This document shows positions 23,016 through 34,986 of a DNA stretch of 64,000 nucleotides, piece by piece. The position numbers and the translations under genes are program-made. Position 1 is the stretch's first letter. Each line of letters starts with the position of its first letter. The notes under the pieces are model-generated. The model saw only the letters and a program-made list of their open reading frames with translations. It searched no databases and was not told where the DNA came from. Source of the DNA: Patellaria atrata CBS 101060 (lineage: Eukaryota); NCBI GenBank assembly GCA_010093705.1, contig MU006096.1:952004-1016003 (forward strand). Direction: 5' to 3'.

Positions 23016-26000
23016 TTTGTCCGTATAGAATAAGTCTTGGAGGGGGAAAACGAGGGAAGAAAGTTGTTCAGATTCAATTAAAAGATAAAGGACGGTAAGG
23101 GAATAGGAAATAAATACAAAAGAATCACGAGCTTTTAGATGTACGGTAGTGTAATAGTAGATCTGGGTTGGGTTGTATGCACTGGAGGTTGGAGGTTTCC
23201 GTGCAGCTGCAGCATTCACTTGCGACTTGGACGATCCATCCGAGGTTGATCACCTTGTCAGTGGGTATTTTTATCATCACGTGATCTAGTGGCGTCTATA
23301 AATGCCATCTATTCCAATTTGTTCCATCTGATCCCTCGCATTTCTACCTACTTTAGCTCCCAACTGGCTCTCAACTGGCTCCGTAAGCTTCACTTCGCAT
23401 TCACAAGCTTGTCCCCTTCTCCCCGTCCTCCGCAGCTTGGGATTAGAACGGATGCAGGGCTTTCCTATCTATTGCAAGGATATGATTCAGCTCCCCAATT
23501 GTATGTCTGACATTCCTGCAGCATAATCCAAAGGGGGTAAAGGAGGGGAAAGCTTCTGTGAATCCCTAGATTGAAGGAATTAGATCAAATGCAGGGTCTA
23601 ATTGTTTGTTCAGGGTGAACCGCCCATCCCGCCCGGAGTAATCCTCCAAATGCTTATGCTATATAGTTCTCCCTTACCGTACACTTGGAGGGCCTATCAT
23701 CTTTCAACAGGGTCTGCAGGGAGGGGCCGGAGGGCATGGCTGTACTGTACGGTATGAGTGGATGCAGAATTGTATGACTGTAAAGGTGGGTATAGAGGGC
23801 TGTGATTCGGCTAGATTATAATTATCTCATCAATCACATCCTCCTCTTTCGACGTCCCTTTTCCGATAAAATAGGACCTATAGGTCCTCCAGATTGCGGT
23901 ACTGAGTCGCCTATAGCGCTCAAGATCGTGTATATGCTTATTTCATACAGCATCCCATACAAACATCCCGTATAGTAATATTGAAGGACTTTGCCTTCGA
24001 GAATATTTGATGGGAGGGTTGTGTTGTCTGTACTATACGTGTGAGCAGCCGTAAAGGTACAGAGACTTGCGTATCTAATCTATATATTCCCTGTACGGGG
24101 AAGACGAATACTGACCGGACGGAAGTAAGCATATTCTCTAGTTACTTGTGCTTGTCCATCCTCTCTAACGTACTAAAGTACGTTTCATGGTTCTTGTTCT
24201 CGTTGTATCAAAATTTTGACGAATATGGCCTTCTTAGGGGTCAAAATTGTTTCATTCTATCCACCAGGGCCTAATGAGGACAAATTATGCTGACTGCTAT
24301 CTGATCCAGGAGAAAAATTACCTGGTACGGGGAGCATCTAGCTGTTCCAGCCTTTATGGCTCCAGTTCCATTGAGTCTGCTCCTTATATGACTTCTACGT
24401 TCTCATATCGCAATATCTTATTATACAGCAAGCGTAGCTTGCCAACTCCCCTCTTAGCCCGCTTCACGGTTTTGGAGAGACTTAGGTGGGTTGTACCTTC
24501 GTGTTCAGTCATCGTAGAGATTCGTATTGTAAAGAACGCTCGAGGCGTCGATTCTGGTAACTCAGGCTGTGGCTGCTCCTTGTATGTGGTACCTTCTAGT
24601 TTCTTAGATGGAATAACTGTACTTGATAGAAGAAGAACTACGGTATGATATTATGCGTAGTGGGTATAATCTTTCCCAGCTTCTTCCGTACAGGGGCGTT
24701 CTTGGCGTATTTCCTAAATACCTCTTGCCGTACAGGACAGTAAGAACCCTTCCATGACCCCTGTAGCTTGGTTCCCATAAGGATCCATCTATAAAATATC
24801 TCTGTATTGTAATTTCCGTTTTTGCAGTACCTGAAGAAAATTTCTCCATTCTGAAAGGGTTATTTTTGTAGGGGGCTCAGGGGGTTTGCCTAGTGTTATC
24901 TTTCTATGCCACCACCTAGGTTTCTTGTAGCAAACTTCCCGGTAACAATTATGTCGACAAGCCCTTTCTTAATGTTCAGACACTGTAATCTATGAGTACT
25001 ATGCCGGAGTTGATTTGTTGCATGCACTTCTTTCTATGAGAGACCTCTGATTTAACCCATCCTCTCCCTTGAAGGCGAGCTTTGTGAATACACCATCAAC
25101 TCCGCTGGGGACAGAGCTTTCTAAGATTCCGCGAGTGATCCCAATGATCTCTCACTGGCAATAAGTTGCTTCACCTGGTGAGTGCTATCTCAAGAAACGA
25201 GGTTCTCCTCGTCCTAGAGTGCCGTCCTCGCGTTATGGCAAGCAAGAAACCTCCGCGGCACAGCAGCCTCAACACACGCAACCGCGAAAAGCAGAAAGCA
25301 AAAGCTAAGTCCTACAATCCGAGGAGAACCTCGGAGAAACCGATTCCACATCTGATCACGGCTACTGAAATAGAGATCCTCGACCGTAGGAGATTCGCTA
25401 AACGGAACGCCGATAACAGATAAGCCTGCAACCGTCTCAGCACAATAAGCCTTCAGCTTGCCGAAGAAAGAGAAAATCCAGTATAGTTAAGCACAAGATC
25501 CTCTAGGGAGAGATTAGATCACTGACATCGGGTTCAATCTTGCTTCATATAGGGTTGGACGGCAAGAAAGTGACTCCCGCCAGGTTTACACCTCATCGAA
25601 GAGCGACGTCCGCGTCTTTTTAAGCATGGGAAAGGACATACCAGAGACACACAATCAGAATTTGGTATTCATTGATCGAGTTGCTCTATCAATACAAGTA
25701 GCATCCAGAGGATCGGGAAAAGTTTGGGAAACGTCCTAGATCCCTCACCATGCGGATTCGCTCTTCCCCTTTCAGCGTCCGAACAGGACGGTTGCACATG
25801 AACAGGGAACTTTAAGGCAACATAAGCTTATAGGTAAACGGCTAAACTGGTCGGCAAGCTTTTGACACTGTCGTTAGGTCCTCCTGGTTTCCGTTTTGAC
25901 CCCTCCTTCGAACGCCGAGAGTACCAAACAATCGTTCCGCGCTCTTTCCCCGTGCCATGAATCAGATAGAGAGACAACAAGGAGCCTAGTAGAGGTAGCG

Positions 26001-27761
26001 GAAACCCTCTTCCATGGTCAGTATTGGAGCTTCCGGAGTTTCTATACGGTTGAGATAGATATCCTAGAACACGACCAGCTCCACCGAAGCGTGAGACCTC
26101 CAGAAGTGGTACACTAGATTGGAACGCCTTCTTGGTATATAAGCATACAATTAGTCAGGAGTGTCAAGAGAAGATGAAGAAATAGACATACTGTGAACAT
26201 GACCGGAACGGAACGGACACTACCGTCAGCGAAAGGTATCTCCATCCCATAATGACGACCTTCTTGTTGCTACACACAGTCCCTGAGACACTGCTACATG
26301 TTTGATCACTATTTGGTGGACGTCTCACTAACACGAATATAAACCGTATAAGGAAAAAAAAGTGATAGGCCTACTATCATCCCAAGACTGGAGCGGATCC
26401 TGCTGCAAGAGGGGAGTATCTTTAACCCCTATAACGGTTGCTACTCATCGGTTGTTACACATTGGATAATCCTACTCTTGGCCATTATCACTTTCCTTTT
26501 GGCTTTAGGATCTCCAGGATATGGACCGCCCTGACTAATCACCTTTTGACATCAACCTGTTACAAATCAGCAGTGTTACCATTGGGGATGAGACGGATAG
26601 AATATGCGTCTACGTGGAAAAAATATAGCTTGAACGATAACTGGAGATTCATAGGGTCTCACTCGACATAAACCACACATTGATAAGATGCCCATAATCA
26701 CTAGTATTTTTTGAACAGTAAGAGAAAAGGGAACGGCACTTTCACAACCATTTTAGAACTAGGGGGACGTATCTTCCCAAAATCATAATTTAATCATCTT
26801 TATATAGGTCTATCACTTGATTTAAGCAAGTACAGATCTTTACTAGATGAGGATCACGCTAACTAGTGGTATTATAACTACACATCCGAAGACATGGGTA
26901 CTGATTCTCTTCTGAATTGAATGGCGTTTGCTTACCTCAATCGGTCCATATGAGGACTTCTCTAGTGGAAGATTGCTCACTCATGAACTCAGGAAAGACG
27001 TCATCCTTCGTGAGGTTTAGCGCTCCGTAAGTGTTATGCAATTGGTGTATGCATAGAGGCCAAATACCTATCTGAATTCTAAGCAGATATGCGCCTTTAT
27101 GCACTTCAAGGCGTTCTTACGGTTGGGCCTCCTCTCGTACCGTCTGATCAATCCGTTTAGTGAAGTGGAAGAGTTCCTGCGCATCACTATACAATTAGTT
27201 AGGAACGCTATGATGGGGAAAGGAATACCTCTGATTATCTTTTGGTAGAGCGTGAAGATTTTTGCGAAAGAGCTAGGGATGCGTTGTATAATCGCTTGGA
27301 AGATCCAGCTTTCCCATGGATCGGATCGATTTTGTTCTCGAGAAGAGTTACCGTGTCGTAGGACACCATACCTATTATCCATGGAATCCAGCGAATAGGC
27401 GCTAAGAGCTGAGGACTCCAGTTAGTAGGATTCGCAGCGAAGGTTCCCTTGGATATGCTCAATGTCCGTATTCAACAAAATCGGACGATAGGTATTCCTC
27501 GATAGTGATTCCGGATACGGCGTACAGTCTGTACGCAAACGAGCCTCAGTAGGGCTCTTTTTTGTTCACTACATACATTCATTATTCTTCAGTCTATTCT
27601 CCTCGTCGCGAAATCATCATCTCCAGCTCTTTCAATATGTTGTAAAGCAGACGATAACTGTGGCCGTCTGATCTCCTACAGTACTACGTCATTAGCAATC
27701 TGAAGCTCTATGGTTCTTCTAGATACGTACACTCTCAATGCCCTCTAACAGGGCCAACCCC

Positions 27762-28187
27762 TCATTGGAGGTTGAATTCATCGGTTATCTCGTACCAAAG
27801 ACTCGGCACATCGGTATCCAACCCGTTCTTCCGCACCTAGTGTGCGTACAGGTTGCGCCAGGGCCGGACGAACATCTGCTCTGGCCCTTCGCCAGTGCTA
27901 CCGGTCGAGGGGTTCAGATAGGCCTGCGGGAGGAAACGGATGCTCCAAGCCGCCTGCTCTCCTGGCGGCAAGAATATCCCGTCCGCTATTTCCTGCGCTG
28001 CGGGTACCGAATTCTCGGCTTCTGGTTGCGGTGCAGGCGCTAGTACCGCCGCAGACTCACTCTCCTCTTAGGGTCTGAGCCCCAACACCCTCTCCATGTC
28101 TTCGATGAGCTCGAGATCTGGCTCAAACTCACGACGGCGACGGAAACACCGCCGGAATACGCGACCAAAAAGGCCACCAAAATACAT
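27762..28187 (-). pseudogene. Orphan ORF interrupted by in-frame stops without frameshift (or a small spliced gene)
   Basis: One frame reads MYFGGLFGRVFRRCF...VLGLRP*EESES...MFVRPWRNLYAH*VRKNGLDTDVPSLWYEITDEFNLQ*. GC-rich and coding-like inside a more AT-rich region. Confidence 0.4.
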
Positions 28188-29189
28188 GCTGGATGGTTTA
28201 GAATGTTTTGATGTGGTGTGATTGAAGAGCTTTTTTAGAAGTTGTGATGTTGAGGGGAATAGTGTGGAGAGAAGAAAGTGTTGTGTGGAAACCCAACAGC
28301 AAGAAGCTCTATCGTGAACCACCGCGGAATGTACCCACACGAAACGTGAATTTAAGGGCGGTTTTCTACAGCAGTACTCCAATTTCACTTAAAAGCTATG
28401 TAAATGGCTAGGACACCGCTTATGGGCTCCTGAAAAATGCCTTATGGCTTCTAGTACAGGACTGGACGGAATCTCCATTTAGTCCAATCTCCTCCTGACA
28501 GCATGGTAGCCTCTCTGTCAATTACCCCAATTGTGGAACTACATAGGACTCGTATCCTTTTACTGCACCATATCTCCCAATATATACAATCGTCGGAATC
28601 CCTCACAACCAAATCCATTCCAATCCCTTTGTAGCAGACTTAGAACCTGACTCCAATTCCAGAGGACACGGGTCAACCCTCCAGTTTCTGTAGAAATCAA
28701 AATTTGAGAACATTGCGTTTGAATCAGCCAGCTCTGAACGAGGTGCTATTTTAAACTGGTTTAGCTCCGTCTCCTGGATGGGATAGGAATGAAACTTGCT
28801 TCGAGATTTTCAGGATTGTGCAGTATTTAGAAGACTGAGGAACGGTCTATCCTACTGCTTACGAGTTGACAGCAGCACACTTCAGTGCTGTCATCGCGAT
28901 GGCGATATAATATATATCTGTTATATATCCCATGTCATCCCGGAGCGACAAATCCACCACACGTAAAGTATTTGCATGGCTGGCCTTCTATTCGCTGTGT
29001 TGAACGGATCAAGCGTGGCGTCGAGGTCGATGAGCGGACTCATCGCGTCAAAATCTGGATTCGAATGGTCAACAGAGGTAGTAATTAAGACGTGGAGGAG
29101 ATAGAGCTGATAGTGGACAGGTCACCGAGCATGCGTCTGGATTAGCCGACAGAGAACAGATATTTTCTCTGGAGGAGGTTTGCTACTGA

Positions 29190-29615
29190 GATTTCAATTG
29201 ACCCCGATAGCTCGAAGGTAGTCTGGCCATGGTTCGTACATCGCGTCGCTGTCTCTGCGAGGTCTTGTTTGTCAACCTCACACCCCGGATGGTGGCTGAA
29301 TCAAAAATATCCATCCCCGGCCATAAAATTCCTTCAAAATTTGCGCTCGCACAATAATAGATACGTTCCAGGTTAGGTCAGTTCGTTTACTTCGAGCTCC
29401 AGCTACTGGGATGCCGATTGTGCCCGACGGCTTGAGGCCAGTCTTACCACGGTCCGTAGATCGAGTCGCTGGCTCTGCGAGGTCTTGTTTGTCGGCCTCA
29501 CTGATAGCTGAATCAAAAACATCCATCCTCGGCTATGAAATTCCTTCAGCATGTGCATTTGTTCAATGCTGGATGTCTTCTAGGGAAAGTCAGTTCGATC
29601 ACTTCGGGCTCCAGA
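29190..29615. repeat. Diverged tandem duplication, ~220-bp period
   Basis: tcgcgtcgctgtctctgcgaggtcttgtttgtc (29241) recurs as tcgagtcgctggctctgcgaggtcttgtttgtc (29461). gctgaatcaaaaa, aaattccttca and gtcagttcg blocks are also doubled. Confidence 0.9.
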
Positions 29616-29740
29616 GATCTCCGTTCCTCACACAACACCCCTCTAGCCCTTGTGCATTCGGAGAGAATTTCCTTTCGGGATAGGGAAAAGAAAGCGATCT
29701 GGGACTTCGATATGAGTAAGTATCTGGTATACGTGAGTAT

Positions 29741-29787
29741 TGTTGGTAATCAATGTTGGTAATCAATGTTGGTGATCAATGTTGGTG
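29741..29787. repeat. 13-bp minisatellite TGTTGGT(A/G)ATCAA x ~3.6
   Basis: Units start at 29741, 29754, 29767 and 29780. Confidence 0.95.
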
Positions 29788-31050
29788 CTTGAAGCTCCGA
29801 AAGTGCAACGAGATCTTATACACTTGTAGTCTTGGCAACTAAGCGTTCCATTTTCACTCTCTCAATACAGGCGTTATTTACATTAAGCAGTCCCGTCCCG
29901 GCCCGGGGGATCTCGAATATCTTATGAAATTACACTACTTTCGAGCAGCGGAAGGCAAGTATATTCCGCTATTATTACATATTCATGGTCTAGGTCTACT
30001 GATCTTACTATTACAGCTATTTGAATCTTTTTTGAACCAGCTGCACCGAAACGGTATTTGTAGCCTCCTATTTGAAGAAAGTTGTCCGCTACGACATTCA
30101 TAATACGTAACAGCGGAGCCCCATCGAAGAGCAAGGCTGCTGTGCACTCCCGATTACTACCTTCGCTTTCCGGTACGGTTTAAAGAACCTTGAGATGGTA
30201 AACAAGCATAGGTTATCCGAACAGTACCGTCAAACTGAACATAGCAACTGAGCTCTCTGTTAAAAGGGAATCTGGGAGTAGGTCCAAGGAGACCAGGAGG
30301 CCAGAGAGACGTGCTGGTTGAGGCTACATCTTAAGTAACGGCGAGAACGAAGTGTACGCAACTATAACCGGCCAAATGAAGGGACTAGATATAGATCAGA
30401 ACAATGTGAACATGCGGATGTCTGTATAGTCAATGGTGAGAGTAGTAGGGTGTGGTGACTGGTGTTGGAGGAGAGTCGGCTGATTCAGCGACCAGGATGC
30501 CGAGAGAAATATTCGGCTCCACTCTGTGCTTATCCAGACGTCTATCGAGTCCTACTAGACAATTTCATCAATTAAACAACCTTTTAATGTTTAATTCTTT
30601 ACATACTATGATCTGATACTTAGTTCCACGCATAGGGAGGAGGTTGCAACCGAGTAATAGTCCATACCATCACAGCCATCCCTTCGTCAAGCCTAACGAT
30701 TTGCAAACAGCCTGGGGCTAATTGAGCACAATATCCTCTATTTAATCAGACGGATATGCATCCGTAACTAGGGACTACTGTGGTCGAAGAATTCTCTAGT
30801 AGATTGGGTCGATATAAGGATTGATCACCATATTCAGATCCCTTTGCTATATACGGACCATAGGCTTCACGTAAGATACAGTGCAATGAAGGGCATAGCG
30901 GAGCAGTTGCGAATCACGACACCACCACAAGGGAATCTCAAATCCTCTGTATATCGACATCATACACTCATATCGTACAGTTTCAAGGTTCTTTTAGTCA
31001 ATCTGTCTAAGTTTCCAACATGGGCTGTAATAACCCCTTCCTGATGTTCT

Positions 31051-32112
31051 CTATTCAGATACATCATCGCTCTCCGTTCCTTCTTCGTTCTCACCAAGGA
31101 CCTCCTCACCCATACTGTATTTCTCCTCCATAGCCGCATCTTGTCCACCAGGACCACCTGCTTCTACCTCCGCCTCCCCAGACTTCATCAGTTGCGCGAA
31201 AACTGCACGGTTTATGAACCGGCAGAGACCTTCAGCCCGACGGCGAACTTCCGCTTGTTCGCTGCGGACGGACTCAAGGTCCCCCTCCATCAGCTCTTTC
31301 AGCTGGGTGGTGAGCGTACTCATCGTCTTTGTTAGGGGCGCTTTCTTGGTGCCTATGGGGATTTTCAGCTCCCCACAGATCCTTTGGATCTGGTCGGTAT
31401 AGTCCGGCGCCTCTCTTTTCGGCGTACATTTCTTGAAGACGTGGTCGCTTCCGACGATCCGTGCAACCTGGGGGACCAAGGCGAGGAGTTCATTCCAATC
31501 TACGATATCCATGATGTCTGGTTTGCCGTGGAGAAGGGTCCCAAGCTTCTCCACATCCGCGGCTGGGAGAGCGACGGCATTGTTCTTTGCTTTGGAAAGC
31601 GCCTTCTGGTCTTTCCGTTCTCTTTTGGAGAGCTTTTTCCCCTCTTCGTTTTCGGATACTGGTTTTACCCAGCCCCCTTTCTTCCTTGGTTTGGATGGGA
31701 TTTCCTCCACATCCTCACTCTCCTTTTCCAAGTCTCTGATCTCTTTTATGACTTTTACCATCTCTTGATGGCGCCCTATGTCTCTTTCTAGCGAGTTGAT
31801 ACAGCTATTTCACGTTAGTCATTTGTTTAGTGTTGTACGGGCGGGGAAAGTTTGCTACTTACGCCTTGCAATCATGAGTTCGACCTTTCCTAAAAAATAT
31901 GGGATGAAATTCCTTGCAAACTTCCATATGTGTGCCGAGGCACGTACGCAGAGTCGTGGGATTCGACATCGGCTTCTCGCAAACTCCACAATGATGTGCT
32001 ATCAAGCTGTTAGCTACACGTATACTCCTGCGTTTGTTGTGGTTGAAGGGTGGTATAAATACTTACAGAGCGCAGTGGTCTTTGTCCAGTCGAAAATTCC
32101 TTGTGTCGACAT
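31051..32112 (-). CDS. Hypothetical 311-aa protein with an N-terminal Cys/His cluster (3 exons: 32112-32067, 31998-31863, 31804-31051)
   Basis: Both introns have GTAAGT donors, CTAAC branch points and TAG acceptors and join in frame: MSTQGIFDWTKTTALSHHCGVCEKPMSNPTTLRTCLGTHMEVCKEFHPIFFRKGRTHDCKACINSLERDIGRHQEMVKVIK... Confidence 0.75.
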
Positions 32113-34232
32113 TTCTACGGTTTCTTTTCTGCTTGAAAATTTTTTCTGTGGTTTATATTTATAAGCTACTGAAAGTTTACTTGCGGTCTTCGAATACGAA
32201 CAATGTAGGCTTACCGGGAAATGTGAGAGCGTGGATGCAAGACAATGTCTTGATGTTGCGGAGTTGAGGGCTTTCCACCGAACGACCAAGGCGAGAGAGC
32301 GCGAGGGCGGTAATATCAGCTGAAGTTGATCTGGAGAGGTATTAGAGATGGCTATCCACAGGCGAGAGAAGTCTAATTATTGCGGTAAGTTGACGTTATA
32401 ATGTGTGATAATTAGGTCTGCTAGGTGGATGTTGCTAGAGAAGAAAGAGTTGTTTTGGCACTATGCATGTGTTGATAGTGAGTAATTTCCGACTAACATG
32501 TTTTGTCACCACTTTCGGCTAGGCTACTTCCGAGGACAATCGAAAGCTTGCTCTGGATTTTCGAGATATTTCAAGCCCCTGGAGATCTATGAGTGCTTCT
32601 AAAGAGCTCCTTTAGATGAACCGGCGCGTCAAGGTAGCCTTCCATTGATACAGGGCCCTTTGAGCGGATCCATACCAGGAGCATATCAGAGCATGTTGAG
32701 AAAAGACAGGAGACTCTACTATTGTCCGTACAAGCGGACATCGCCGGTTAGAATATACTAACTGCCAGTCCATCTCCGTATAAGAAGAAGCTTACGGAAC
32801 AATTCTGTGGGTAAGTCGTTGCAGGATTAATTAGAGCAATTGAGCAAGGACAACGTCGACTTAGAACAGACATTGGACTCAAGTATGAATTCTCCATTCT
32901 GGTTAAGCTACTGAACTATACACAAAACACCAAGGCTATGCCATACAGCCAGATGAACTTGTGTCTTCTCCAATACCTCCACCAAGAGTCTAATAGCTAT
33001 TAAATTACCCATGATCATGAGGAATTCAGTTGAGATACTTACTCTAGTTTCCATACCTAGCCCACAAATGTCCAGCGGAGTTTCTTAACAGTGTATATCG
33101 TACCGTCGACGAGTTGGTAAGACGGAGAAGGTAATCAGCGATTAGGATCAGGATACTCTATCACACAACGTTAGAACTTTCGAAGCCATCAAATCTCGAA
33201 CAAGTTGTGAGTCATTATTTACCTGATTGCAGGGACAGTGGACTGCTCAAATTGCAAGTCTTCTTCAAAGCGTTAACGTCAGCTCCAAAGAGACGATATC
33301 AGCGTACAATGAAGACTCTATAATCCACAGCACACCAGATCAATCGTATCCTACCGCAGAGTAACGCGCGAGCAGTACTCACTGCTTATGAAGATAGAGC
33401 GGTAGACGGTATTCTTCGAAGCAGTCGTTATCAGGAACGCTGCGTAAGACCTGGATACAAGCTGCGGATAGGAGTTGCAGAGAACTCGATATACTGAAGT
33501 ATAAGTGATGAATTTGCCCGAAAGAGTTATCGAAAGGCGGGATTTGTAGATACGGACTGAGATACAACTGCAAAGAAGAAGGCAGAAGCAAGTACGAGAG
33601 TTTAAAGTATTTGTACTAAGCCGCGGCAAATCGTACGGGCGCGTTTTGCTTATGTGCGTGAAAGGAATAATTAAAGACGTTAACTTGGATAACCAATAGA
33701 CGCCACCAAATCCCTCATGATCAAGGGGATATTGGAATTGCGTCAGTTATAACATCCGGCACGCACCTTTAATGGAGGTGGTCTTATGTTTCACGTTCTG
33801 AATAAAGAACTATCAAAGATGTCACAGCGGAATGATATCAAGCGAACTATGGATCTAATAAAGTCCTACGAGACGATCACTCTAGGGAAATGGCCTGGAA
33901 AAGTAAATATCCTGCAACGACAAGGGCGTTCTGAATGAATATAGGTCCACCGTTCCATCTCTACAACAGTTTCCTCTATGACACATATTACTCACAGAAA
34001 TGTTGAACGGTTTCCATCGAATCGACCTACTACTTTCACACTTTATACTCCAATTCAAGGAACCAAGTCATAATAAAACTCTTAAGGATAAACTAGCTAT
34101 ACGCCTATCGATTGTATACTGTTTTCCCACGAAACGAGCAAAAAAGCTAAACGAAGGAAACACAGCACCGAACATAAACGAGCGAGAAGTCCTAGTCAAT
34201 CCTAAAAGTCAATCACTCAAGTTCCTCATCTC

Positions 34233-34986
34233 CTAACTGGTAAAAGGAACTGCAGTCCTATTCCCCTCGGTACCTTCCATGGCGGCGATATACTCCGCCA
34301 AAGTGAGAAGCGGCGGAGCATCAACCTCACCTCGAGCGTTGGCAACTCTAGCATTGCTGTTGAGCTGCGGGGCCGTGAAACGCGTGAGGCAGCGGAACTT
34401 GCGGCGGCCTTCAATGCGGAAGACTTGCCCAGCGACGGGGCAGTTATAGTCGCCGTTGGGGAAAACGATGCAGTTCCCGTAGGCGTTACCGTCCACTGAT
34501 TTGAGTTAGTGAGTTGGAAAATTTGGAAATTAGAAAATTAGGAAAGAGTAGAGCATAGGGAGAAAGTAGACTGACATCCAATCATGGAACGGCCGCGGTT
34601 TTTATAAAGAGCTGTACGATCATCATCAGCACGTGGAAAAAAAAGGCGGTTTAGCTTTTAATAGGGGAAAACTCACTCCAATGATACAACGGATTGTTGC
34701 TCGTGTGAATCTCCAGCTCGTCGATGTTATCAGGAGGAGGTTGAGCACCGCATCCGCTTCCCTTACAGCGCACGCCCAGCTTCGACCCGCTGACGTCTCC
34801 GTGGTCCTCCCAGATCGGCGTATTGACCACCTGGTCGCAGTTACTCGGCTCAGCTTCGAAGAATTGCCAGACGATGGCGGGCCGGTTGATGTAGATCCAT
34901 TCGGTCCTGTAGACGTCGAAGTTGGCTTGAACCTGGGGGAGGATGGTCGCTGCCATAAAGGCAAGGGTTGGGAGGGTGAAATGCAT
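34233..34986 (-). CDS. Small secreted cysteine-rich protein, 202 aa (3 exons: 34986-34677, 34611-34576, 34495-34233)
   Basis: Signal peptide MHFTLPTLAFMAATILPQVQA followed by NFDVY, six Cys, in-frame GT-AG introns and an upstream TATAAAA. Confidence 0.85.

Noticed and set aside
29741..29787. CRISPR-like interpretation of short repeats (also 55965-56090)
   Set aside because: Eukaryotic context, contiguous units without unique spacers, and no cas genes.
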